Made by a program: the position numbers and the translations under genes
Part shown: positions 56,243-64,000 of the stretch, one piece after another
Position numbering within the stretch: position 1 is the stretch's first letter
How the letters are laid out: every line of letters starts with the position of its first letter
The notes under the pieces: model-generated
What the model was told of the DNA's origin: nothing
Seen by the model: the letters and a program-made list of their open reading frames with translations, nothing else
Database searches by the model: none
DNA from: Verrucomicrobiota bacterium
Lineage (GTDB): Bacteria; Verrucomicrobiota; Verrucomicrobiia; Limisphaerales; JAEYXS01
Direction: 5' to 3'
Length of the DNA: 64,000 bases
Assembly (NCBI GenBank): GCA_023431185.1
Contig: JAEYXS010000065.1
Location: 142,057-206,056, forward strand

Positions 56243-56938
56243 TCAGACGCGCTTGCCGTAGCGTTCGAGCAATTCATCCAGATGTTGCAACTGGATGTCC
56301 CACAGGCCCGTGATCACTTGGGTGACGCGCTCTTGCTGCTCCGGCGTTTTTGCCTCCTGCAAAATGATTTTCAACGCCGTCATGCTGTGCTTCACATCCG
56401 CTGAGGTGTGCAGTGAAAAATAGCGCAGCGGCCCCGTGGGCACGCCGTAGCGCTTGTGAAAGGTCTTCGCTAGCATCGCGTAAAATTCCGGCAACGGCCG
56501 CTCCACTCCCAGGCCCACGCACGCCAGTCCCTCCATGAACGTGCCTTCGCGCGCCATCCGGCACACATATTGCCAGGCTGCGTGGCCACCCTTCGAGGGC
56601 GGCTCCGGCAACAGATCGGCCTTCGACATGCCCAACCCTTCAGTGAAGGTCGCGAACAGATTCGCGTGCGATTCCGCCACCTCGCCACAGCCGGTCTCCT
56701 CGTAGATCGTTTCACCCAGATAAGTCAGCGCTTCGGTGGAATCCGTCTTCGCCGCCACCATCATATAGGAACGTGGGAAATCACGGACAAAGGGATGCGT
56801 ATCCAGCGACCACGCTTTCAACGCCTCCACGGGCAGACGCCCGCGAAAGCATGCCTGCCAGAACGGATGCGCCCTCTGATAGAAAGGATGCTGCTGCGGC
56901 AATTGCTTCAGATGTTTGCGAAAATCTTCGGTGGTCAT
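56243..56938 (-). CDS. heme-oxygenase-like diiron protein (CADD/PqqC/TenA superfamily)
   Basis: 231 aa and all-helical. IYEETGCGEVAESHANLF resembles the E-E-x-G-x-G-x5-H-x-x-L-F metal-site motif of CADD/PqqC-like proteins. A later HTSADVKH is also present. Confidence 0.55.
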   Translation of the reverse strand: MTTEDFRKHLKQLPQQHPFYQRAHPFWQACFRGRLPVEALKAWSLDTHPFVRDFPRSYMMVAAKTDSTEALTYLGETIYEETGCGEVAESHANLFATFTEGLGMSKADLLPEPPSKGGHAAWQYVCRMAREGTFMEGLACVGLGVERPLPEFYAMLAKTFHKRYGVPTGPLRYFSLHTSADVKHSMTALKIILQEAKTPEQQERVTQVITGLWDIQLQHLDELLERYGKRV

Positions 56939-57090
56939 ATCCCTGCGTTAGTGAGCGAGCGCAATCTAACAGAACAGTGCGGCTTTAAAAGTAGATGTTC
57001 AAAAAGAATTAGCCGCTCTGCTTGCCAGAACCGGCTGTTTGAGAAAAATTACTGGCCAGCGCCCACGTCTCTCGCTCAGACTTCAATCCG

Positions 57091-59382
57091 ATGACCATCG
57101 CTCCCACCACGTCCTCTGCTGCCTTGAGCGAGTGGTTCACTCCCAAGCGGTTTGCGCTCCTCCTGTTGGCTTTTCTGCTGGCCGCTTTTCCCGATGTATG
57201 TTTGCTGGGGAAATCCTTCTTTTTTCGTGATTACGCTTTTTTCACTTCTCCGCTGGCCTTCTATCACCGGGAGTGTTTTTGGCGGGGTGAACTCCCGTTC
57301 TGGAATGGTTATCACAACTTGGGCCAGCCTTTCCTGGCGCAATGGAATACCATGGCCCTTTACCCGGGCTCGCTTATCTACCTCTTGCTGCCCCTGCCAT
57401 GGTCCTTGAATCTCTTCTGCCTGGCGCATCTGTTCCTGGGCGGGATGGGCATGTATTTTTTTGCCCGCCATTTGCTCAAACATCCCTTCGCCGCCGCTTT
57501 CGCCGGGTTGGCTTATGTTTTTAACGCCTTCACGCTGAATTGCCTGATGTACCCCCACAACATCGCCGCTTTGGGCTGGCTGCCCTGGATCCTTTTGAGC
57601 AGCTTGCTGGCCTGCCGGAGTGGCGGGCACGCACTGCCGCTGGCCGCGCTGGCCGGCGCCATGCAGATGCTTGCTGGAGGTGCGGAGATCACCTTGCAGA
57701 CCTGGCTGCTGGCGGGCGGCTTCATGCTCTTCGACTGCTGGCAGAAGGGCTGGCACTGGATGGCTCCCTGCCGGCTGTTCATCATTGTACTTTTGGTTGC
57801 CGCGCTCGCCGCGATTCAGTTGCTTCCCTTCCTCGATCTCCTCGTTCATTCCCAGCGGGACAAAGTATGGGCTTCCAATGATTGGTCGATGCCTGCTTGG
57901 GGCTGGTTGAACTTGCTCATCCCCAAGTTCGGCTCCTATCCGGGACCACACGGGGTTTTCAATCAGTTCGGTCAGGCCTGGATAAACACCTATTATCCAG
58001 GCTGTGTCGTCACCTTACTGGCCGTGCTGGCTTGGTGGAACCAGCGCGACAGATTGGTCCTCGGCTGCTGGCTGATCGTCATCCTGTCACTCGCAATCGC
58101 GCAAGGCGGTGAAGGCATCATCTATGACAAGCTCAAAGAAGTGCTGCCCCCATTGAGTTATATCCGTTACCCCGTCAAATTTATCGCCCTGAGCATAGTC
58201 CTTCTGCCGATATTGGCTGGCGCTGGCGTCCGCGTGATCATGCTGGATGCGTCAGCCGAAGGTGCTGGTGCGCTAGTGAGGAAACTGTCCATCCTGACTT
58301 TTGTATTGGTGTTTTTGGCGTTTCTAGCCGCGCGGCTCGATCTTTATCTTCAGCTCCCCTATGTGGAGTGGGAGACCACCCTAGCCAATGGCTTTGGGCG
58401 GGTGCTGGTCTTTGCTTTCGCTGCATTCTTGCTCGTCCGTTTGAGTAAAACTCAGACGCCCAGCAACGGTTTAAAACTGTCTATCGCCCTGATGGCCTTG
58501 ATCTGGGCAGACCAGGTCGTCTTGAACCATCGGCCAAGTCCCACCGTCAAATCATGGGTTTATCAGCCGAATTTGGCCCCCCAACAGCTTGGCGTTGAGG
58601 TCCAAACCGGTCCGGGTGCGCCGCGGTTCCTGCCTAACGCGCAGATCCAGAACGAGCTTGGCCGCACGGCCTTCGTCGTGCCCGAAGAACAGGTCGCTTA
58701 CTCTCGAATGGCTTGCTTCGACAATCTGAATCTTTTCGACCACCAGCCCAAACTGCACGGCTTCTATCCGATGGATCTCAAGCACTTCCGGGAGATACTG
58801 GACTGGTTCCACGTCGAGCGGGATGAGGATGTCCGGTCACTCATCGAGTTCGCCGGTCTGGCCTATACTCAGAAACCCGGCAAACCCATCGATTGGTTCA
58901 AGAAATGGAACCCCCAGCCGCTCGTCACCGCTGGTCAAAAGCCGGTGATTCTCGAAGAGAACGGCGTGTTCACCTTGCTTCAGGAGCTAAGATTTAACCC
59001 GACGAAAGAAGCCTATTTCTACCCATCCGAGGCGAAGGATCTGCAAGAGGTTGTGCCTGGACAGGCAGCCGTCGAAGCCATCGACTGGCGGGAGCAAAGC
59101 ATCCGTTTCACGGTCAATGCCAGCAAGCCATCCATCGTGGTGTTAGCCCAGACTTATTATCACCCTTGGACCGCCAAGGTCAGCGGTGTCATCACGCCGC
59201 TTCGCCGCGCGAATCACTCTTTCACTGCTTTAAAAGTTCCTGCCGGCAGTCATGAGGTCCACCTGACCTACGTGGACCAGAACTTCGGTCGTGGTTTGTT
59301 CATCAGTGTGACTGCCTTGTTGGTGGTCGGCAGCCTGTTGTTTGTCTCCTTCCGAAAGACTCGCCAAGCTCCGGTCACTTAG
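57091..59382 (+). CDS. YfhO-like polytopic membrane protein (GT-C-like glycosyl/lipid carrier-dependent transferase candidate)
   Basis: 763 aa with at least 12 predicted TM segments. A C-terminal soluble region ends ...YYHPWTAKVSG...LRRANHSFTALKVPAGSHEVHLTY followed by a terminal TM, as in YfhO proteins. Confidence 0.65.
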   Translation: MTIAPTTSSAALSEWFTPKRFALLLLAFLLAAFPDVCLLGKSFFFRDYAFFTSPLAFYHRECFWRGELPFWNGYHNLGQPFLAQWNTMALYPGSLIYLLLPLPWSLNLFCLAHLFLGGMGMYFFARHLLKHPFAAAFAGLAYVFNAFTLNCLMYPHNIAALGWLPWILLSSLLACRSGGHALPLAALAGAMQMLAGGAEITLQTWLLAGGFMLFDCWQKGWHWMAPCRLFIIVLLVAALAAIQLLPFLDLLVHSQRDKVWASNDWSMPAWGWLNLLIPKFGSYPGPHGVFNQFGQAWINTYYPGCVVTLLAVLAWWNQRDRLVLGCWLIVILSLAIAQGGEGIIYDKLKEVLPPLSYIRYPVKFIALSIVLLPILAGAGVRVIMLDASAEGAGALVRKLSILTFVLVFLAFLAARLDLYLQLPYVEWETTLANGFGRVLVFAFAAFLLVRLSKTQTPSNGLKLSIALMALIWADQVVLNHRPSPTVKSWVYQPNLAPQQLGVEVQTGPGAPRFLPNAQIQNELGRTAFVVPEEQVAYSRMACFDNLNLFDHQPKLHGFYPMDLKHFREILDWFHVERDEDVRSLIEFAGLAYTQKPGKPIDWFKKWNPQPLVTAGQKPVILEENGVFTLLQELRFNPTKEAYFYPSEAKDLQEVVPGQAAVEAIDWREQSIRFTVNASKPSIVVLAQTYYHPWTAKVSGVITPLRRANHSFTALKVPAGSHEVHLTYVDQNFGRGLFISVTALLVVGSLLFVSFRKTRQAPVT

Positions 59383-59389
59383 GTGGCTG

Positions 59390-60619
59390 CTATGCCTTCG
59401 AAAAAATCAGCGTCGCATTGTTCCCCCAAAAACCGGAGGAACTGGAAAGCACATGCTCTACCGGCACTGACCGCGCCTTCCCGGCGATGATGTCCAACGC
59501 ACAGTCCGGATCAGGCGTCTGCCAGTTCGGCGTCGGCGGCAACACTCCCCGTCGCAATGCCTCGATGCACACCACCGCCTCCAATGCCGCCGCCGCTCCC
59601 ATGCAATGTCCCGTCACAGGCTTGATTGAAGAGATGGGAGGTGTTTGCGCTCCAAACACTCTCTGGCACGCCACGGTCTCTTGCCGGTCGTTCAGTTCCG
59701 TGCCCGTGCCGTGGGCATTCACATAACCGATCGCTTCCGGTTTCAGCCCGGCCAAGGCGAGTGATTTCTGCATCGTTCTCACCAGCGATGCCGCATCTTC
59801 ACTGATGCCCGTCCGCTCGCCACTCTCCGCTCCGAAGGCCCAACCGCTCAGTTTCGCCAGGACGGTCGCATTTCTTTTTCGCGCACTTGCTTCCGTTTCG
59901 ATCACCAAGAACGCCGCGCCTTCGCCCAGCACAGTGCCGTTACGATTCCGGTCAAACGGCCGGCAAATCTGCTCCGCGTTTGTCGCTTCCCCCAAAACCC
60001 CTGCCGACCGCAACTGCGCCAGCACGAGTGGCTGCAACGGCGCCTCAGCTCCACCTGCCAGCACGACATCTGCATGCCCTAGCAGCAGTTGCTCCGCTCC
60101 CAACGCCATGGCCGCTGCCGCCGAAGCGCAGGCCGCCGAAACTGTCAGCGCTGGACCACACGCCCCCAAGGTCACCGCCAAGGTGCCGCTCAAACTCGCG
60201 ATGGTGCTGCTCGCCGCCGAACTCGGCAGCACACGATCGATCTCCAGGCGGGCTGCCGACTCCAGCATCTTTCCCACAGGTCCGCGGGAAGTCCCCGCGA
60301 ACACCGCGATCCGTTCTGGTGAAACACCACCCAGCTTCAATCCTGCCTGCGCCCAGGCCTCTTCCGCCGCTGCCACCGCCAGTTGTGCCGACCGGTCGGC
60401 TTTGCGGAGCAAGGAACTTTTCCCCGGACCAATCGTCTTTTCCGATACCTTGCAGCCAGCGAAACATCCTTCCTCAAACTCCAGGAATCTGGCCAGCGAA
60501 CGCCCTTGCTCCGCCGCCGTCCAGAGCGCGTGCACACCTCCGCCCGCTGCCGACACCGCGCCCATGCCGGTGATCACCAGCGGACATTCTTTCAACCATT
60601 GCACGACTTTATCACTCAT
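59390..60619 (-). CDS. beta-ketoacyl-ACP synthase (KAS I/II family)
   Basis: About 409 aa from the ATG at 60619. Active-site Cys in TVSAACASAA. The two His residues are in NAHGTGT and KPVTGHCMGAAA. Confidence 0.85.
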   Translation of the reverse strand: MSDKVVQWLKECPLVITGMGAVSAAGGGVHALWTAAEQGRSLARFLEFEEGCFAGCKVSEKTIGPGKSSLLRKADRSAQLAVAAAEEAWAQAGLKLGGVSPERIAVFAGTSRGPVGKMLESAARLEIDRVLPSSAASSTIASLSGTLAVTLGACGPALTVSAACASAAAAMALGAEQLLLGHADVVLAGGAEAPLQPLVLAQLRSAGVLGEATNAEQICRPFDRNRNGTVLGEGAAFLVIETEASARKRNATVLAKLSGWAFGAESGERTGISEDAASLVRTMQKSLALAGLKPEAIGYVNAHGTGTELNDRQETVACQRVFGAQTPPISSIKPVTGHCMGAAAALEAVVCIEALRRGVLPPTPNWQTPDPDCALDIIAGKARSVPVEHVLSSSSGFWGNNATLIFSKA

Positions 60620-61518
60620 CACATTCCCGTTCGCTCGCGCAAACTGTCTGCCAGTTGTGAATGCATCAGCGCGGGTGTGGCAAGAATCTTTGCGGCCAGC
60701 ACCGCTAAAACTTTCTCAGACGACGCCAGTTCACCTGTCCCCGGCACCACTTCCGCCCCCGCTTCCACCACAAAGTGCCAAGGCAGAGTTTCCTGCACCG
60801 ACACGGAATAAACCATCGCCTCCACCGACTCCGCCAGCCGGAACGCCCCCGATGCCACTTGGATCATGGCCGGGCCAAAGGACACATCGATCATCTTGCC
60901 GCGCCCATAATCCGCCGCCACCAGCAGACAGCCGCCCCGTTCCATAAATCGTAGCATCGCCTTCAATTCATCCCGGCAAAATACATTGGGCGTTCCTGCC
61001 GGTGGACTCAGGCTGTCCTTCCATTCCCGCACCGCCAGCCGCTCTGCCCGTGATTCCAGCACCACCATCGCGCACGGCACTCCACCTGCCCGCAACAGAT
61101 AGCGCAGCAGATGGACCGGCCCATGATGCAGACACACCAGCACCACCGGCTTGCCCGCGGCCAGGCTGGCTTTGATGGGGGCCAGTCCGTGGAATTTGAT
61201 CCGCTGCTGCCAGCGTGGCGTTGCCAGCCTGTCCGGCCAAAACATGATGAACCGGACCAGATGAAAACGCACCAGTTCATCGAACCATCTGCTCCTGCTC
61301 GGCGGCGAGATCCGCAAATGCCGCCAGCCCGCCTCCAGCTTCACCCGCTGCCGCAGATCACGCAGAGCCAAAGGAATGACCAATGGCAGCAACAGCGATC
61401 GCAGAAGCCCCGGCGGCATTACCGCTTCGCAGCTCCGCATCAACCGCATCACTATGGTTCCCGTAGTCATCCTTGCCAGAGCTTGCTTACGCAACCCCAC
61501 GCCATCCTGACAAGCCAT
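60619..61518 (-). CDS. putative LpxL/HtrB-like (lysophospholipid/lipid A-type) acyltransferase; start uncertain
   Basis: Architecture resembles PF03279 proteins: an N-terminal hydrophobic segment, then ...IKFHGLAPIKASLAAGKPVVLVCLHHGPVHLL. The stop overlaps the KAS start. In-frame ATGs lie at 61518, 61470, 61449, 61440 and 61419. Confidence 0.45.
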   Translation of the reverse strand: MACQDGVGLRKQALARMTTGTIVMRLMRSCEAVMPPGLLRSLLLPLVIPLALRDLRQRVKLEAGWRHLRISPPSRSRWFDELVRFHLVRFIMFWPDRLATPRWQQRIKFHGLAPIKASLAAGKPVVLVCLHHGPVHLLRYLLRAGGVPCAMVVLESRAERLAVREWKDSLSPPAGTPNVFCRDELKAMLRFMERGGCLLVAADYGRGKMIDVSFGPAMIQVASGAFRLAESVEAMVYSVSVQETLPWHFVVEAGAEVVPGTGELASSEKVLAVLAAKILATPALMHSQLADSLRERTGM

Positions 61519-61530
61519 TAGAGCCTCAAG

Positions 61531-61569
61531 ATAAAGAAAAAGCGCCCCAGCCTTTTCAAGCCGGGGCGC
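61531..61569 (-). terminator. intrinsic terminator (minus strand GCGCCCCGGC-N8-GCTGGGGCGC-TTTTTCTTTAT)
   Basis: 10-bp stem (one G-U) plus a T-rich tail, 24 nt downstream of the cytochrome gene stop. Confidence 0.6.
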
Positions 61570-61592
61570 GCTCTTGAAAATTTGGCTGCCTG

Positions 61593-61985
61593 CTACTTGT
61601 CGCCCTTGTGCACGTTGTGGCACGCCTTGCAGTTGGAGGCTTCCTTGAGCTGGGCGATGGCCGCCTTGTCCCCGTTCACGATCTTCTGGGTCACCGCCAC
61701 CAGCGCACTGGTCTTGGACTTCCAGCTCGCTTCATCCCCTTTGGTGGGCGAATGTTGCGTCAACGCCTGAAAATAGGCCAGAAGCTGCTTCTTCTCCGCA
61801 TCCGTGGCCACCCCGTCCACCACCTTCTTGAGCGTCGAAGCATCCCCCTTCATGCCCGTCTTCATGATCTCTTCCATGGAGAACTTGGGCTTGTCCGCCG
61901 CTTGGACGTCGAGAATCGTGGTGGCGGTCAGGGCGGCGACGCAGAAGGTCGCCAAGGCTGAGACGAGGATCCGGGTGTTGCGCAT
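61593..61985 (-). CDS. class II c-type cytochrome (cytochrome c'/c556-like)
   Basis: Start trimmed to the ATG at 61985, which gives signal peptide MRNTRILVSALATFCVAALTATT. There is a single CKACH heme motif 9 residues from the C-terminus, and the body is helical. Confidence 0.65.
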   Translation of the reverse strand: MRNTRILVSALATFCVAALTATTILDVQAADKPKFSMEEIMKTGMKGDASTLKKVVDGVATDAEKKQLLAYFQALTQHSPTKGDEASWKSKTSALVAVTQKIVNGDKAAIAQLKEASNCKACHNVHKGDK

Positions 61986-62110
61986 ATTTGGTTTAAGGCT
62001 GAATTTCGCGAAGATTAAGTCTGCGAATACTCCGCAAGTCAAGCCACCCTCAACAAAATCCGCAGCTTGGGACTTTGGCACTCCGCAGGAAATGAACTAC
62101 CTTGGTTGCA

Positions 62111-62575
62111 ATGTCAAAAGTTCCTTCGCTTGCAGGTTTTCTTTTGCTGGTTTTCGCCAGTGCCGGTCTTGGCGGTTGGTTCACTTCCATGGGGGTAACC
62201 GACTGGTACCAATCCTTGCACAAACCTCAGTGGACTCCGCCCGGCTCGCTTTTCGGTCCCGTCTGGACAGTCCTCTACCTAACGATCGCCATTTCCGCCT
62301 GGCTCATCTGGCAGGTCCGGACCTCGGCCCGAAAGGTCGCCCTCACTGCTTGGGTTGTGCAGATGACCCTGAACGTCCTCTGGTCCGCCTGCTTCTTCGC
62401 CCTCAAGAATCCCGGTCTCGCACTGCTTGAGATTGTCGCACTCTGGCTGAGCATCCTGGCCACTATCCTGTTATTTAACCGCCTCGATACCCGTGCCGCC
62501 TGGCTGCTTGTGCCTTACCTTTGCTGGGTTTCTTTCGCCATGGCCTTGAATATGGCCATCTGGCGGCTCAACTGA
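62111..62575 (+). CDS. tspO: TspO/MBR tryptophan-rich sensory protein
   Basis: Start trimmed to the ATG at 62111. Contains WYQSLHKPQWTPPGSLFGPVWTVLYLTIAISAWLIW and five TM helices. Confidence 0.85.
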   Translation: MSKVPSLAGFLLLVFASAGLGGWFTSMGVTDWYQSLHKPQWTPPGSLFGPVWTVLYLTIAISAWLIWQVRTSARKVALTAWVVQMTLNVLWSACFFALKNPGLALLEIVALWLSILATILLFNRLDTRAAWLLVPYLCWVSFAMALNMAIWRLN

Positions 62576-62587
62576 AGACGCATCAAC

Positions 62588-63790
62588 TCACATCTTCAAG
62601 AACTGCGCCGCCTGCGCCACATCCTTGTCCCCGCGCCCGGACAGGTTCACGATGATCAAGGAATCCTTCGGCATCTTCGGTGCACACTTGATGACTTCCG
62701 CCACCGCGTGCGATGACTCCAGCGCCGGGATGATCCCTTCCAGCCGCGCCAATTTTTGGAAAGCTGCCAACGTTTCTTCATCCGTCGCGTAAGTGTAGGT
62801 CACGCGCTTCTCATCATGCAGCCAGGCATGCTCCGGCCCCACCGCCGCATAGTCGAGGCCCGCCGACACACTATGCGTCAATTGGATCTGCCCGTTCTCA
62901 TCCTGCAGGATATAGGAGCGTGTGCCTTGCAACACCCCCAGCGAGCCGCCTTGAAAACGCGCCGCATGTTTCTCCGGCGTGATGCCTTCACCCCCGGCCT
63001 CCACACCAACCATTTTCACTCCGGCATCATTAAGGAACGGATAGAAAAGACCGATGGCGTTGGAACCACCACCCACACAGGCAATAAGCAAATCCGGCAA
63101 CCGCTCTTCCTTCTCCAAAATCTGCCGCCGCGCTTCGTCACCGATGATGCGATGAAAGTTCCGCACCATCACCGGATACGGATGCGCCCCATACGCCGTG
63201 CCGAGGATGTAATGTGTGTTGCGCACATTCGTCACCCAATCACGCATCGCCTCGCTCACCGCTTCCTTCAAGGTCTTCTGGCCCGCTGTCACGGAGACTA
63301 CTTCTGCACCGAGCATCCGCATGCGATACACATTCAGCGCCTGCCGGTTACAATCCACCTCACCCATGTAGATACGGCACTTCAAGCCGAACATCGCTGC
63401 CACCGTCGCCGTCGCCACGCCATGTTGCCCCGCACCCGTCTCCGCGATGATGCGCGTCTTGCCCATGCGCTTCGCCAGCAGCACCTGTCCCATTGCGTTG
63501 TTGATTTTGTGCGCCCCCGTGTGCAGCAGATCCTCGCGCTTCAGATAGATCTTCGCCCCGCCCAACTCCTTCGTCAGCCGCTCCGCATAATACAACGGTG
63601 TTGGGCGACCGACAAACTCGCGCAGGTAGTAACTCAGCTCCTGTTGAAACGCAGGATCAACTTGCGCGCGGAAATACTCCGCCTCCAGCTCCTGCAAGGG
63701 ATACATCAACGTCTCAGGCACATAACGCCCGCCGTAGGGACCAAAGTGTCCCTGCGCATCGGGTAAAGTCGGCGTAGCCACAGTACTCAT
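62588..63790 (-). CDS. trpB: tryptophan synthase beta chain
   Basis: 400 aa. Contains GRYVPETLM, the PLP-lysine motif [10 protein letters not shown], and GGGSNAIG. Confidence 0.95.
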   Translation of the reverse strand: MSTVATPTLPDAQGHFGPYGGRYVPETLMYPLQELEAEYFRAQVDPAFQQELSYYLREFVGRPTPLYYAERLTKELGGAKIYLKREDLLHTGAHKINNAMGQVLLAKRMGKTRIIAETGAGQHGVATATVAAMFGLKCRIYMGEVDCNRQALNVYRMRMLGAEVVSVTAGQKTLKEAVSEAMRDWVTNVRNTHYILGTAYGAHPYPVMVRNFHRIIGDEARRQILEKEERLPDLLIACVGGGSNAIGLFYPFLNDAGVKMVGVEAGGEGITPEKHAARFQGGSLGVLQGTRSYILQDENGQIQLTHSVSAGLDYAAVGPEHAWLHDEKRVTYTYATDEETLAAFQKLARLEGIIPALESSHAVAEVIKCAPKMPKDSLIIVNLSGRGDKDVAQAAQFLKM

Positions 63791-64000
63791 AGAATCAATT
63801 TGTCCCGCAAGTTTCCCCGAAACTCCTTGATTGGCAAGCCCGCAGCCACCCCGTCACGTTCATGCCCTTTTTAACGAACCGCGCATTCCTCAGACTGGAT
63901 GCCCTTCCCATACGTCCCGCCGGTCAAGTCCTGGTCTTAAGTTGACACATTTGATTGAGTGAAGGTGATGGATTGGAGGGGCGGGGTGAGCGGAGAGAAG

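Noticed and set aside
61518-61623. Upstream part of the 334-aa acyltransferase ORF overlapping the cytochrome gene 3' end
   Set aside because: It reads through the cytochrome terminator hairpin (61531-61569) and into the cytochrome coding region. The true start must lie at or downstream of 61518.

Overview
This is a high-GC bacterial chromosomal segment. Its gene content looks typical of the PVC superphylum (Verrucomicrobiota/Planctomycetota-like): Sel1-repeat proteins, tandem formylglycine-type sulfatases, a DUF4159-MoxR-DUF58-BatA operon and an AsmA-like giant protein. That assignment is inference from gene content only. I call about 55 protein-coding genes and several intrinsic-terminator-like hairpins. 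I found no rRNA, tRNA, CRISPR array, transposase/integrase or recognisable defence system. Housekeeping anchors are rpsO-pnp, trpB, tkt, cca, lhgO, yacG and apaG. The ORF track translates GTG/TTG starts as M, so I re-trimmed several starts to in-frame ATGs or to 4-nt ATGA/GTGA overlaps with the upstream gene. The many long antisense ORFs are GC-driven shadows. I do not see an unambiguous novel system. The candidates most worth follow-up are these. (1) A translationally coupled KptA/Tpt1-NADAR pair sits beside an HD-domain CCA-adding enzyme. (2) An 11-kb glycan locus combines a ColD-type (His-for-Lys) PLP 3-dehydratase, a split miniature TPP E1 alpha/beta-like pair, a B12-radical SAM enzyme, a GHMP kinase, a nucleotidyltransferase and a NUDIX hydrolase; this is the logic expected for a branched, methylated dideoxy-sugar. 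(3) A seven-gene, 12.4-kb start/stop-overlapped MoxR/DUF58/vWA operon contains a 1294-aa protein with an extreme G/Q/K/E low-complexity tail. (4) Two unusually long, C-depleted, repeat-bearing intergenic regions share a motif. (5) A 447-bp structured leader lies upstream of a SleB-like cell-wall hydrolase. All family calls come from motif recognition by eye. No searches were run.
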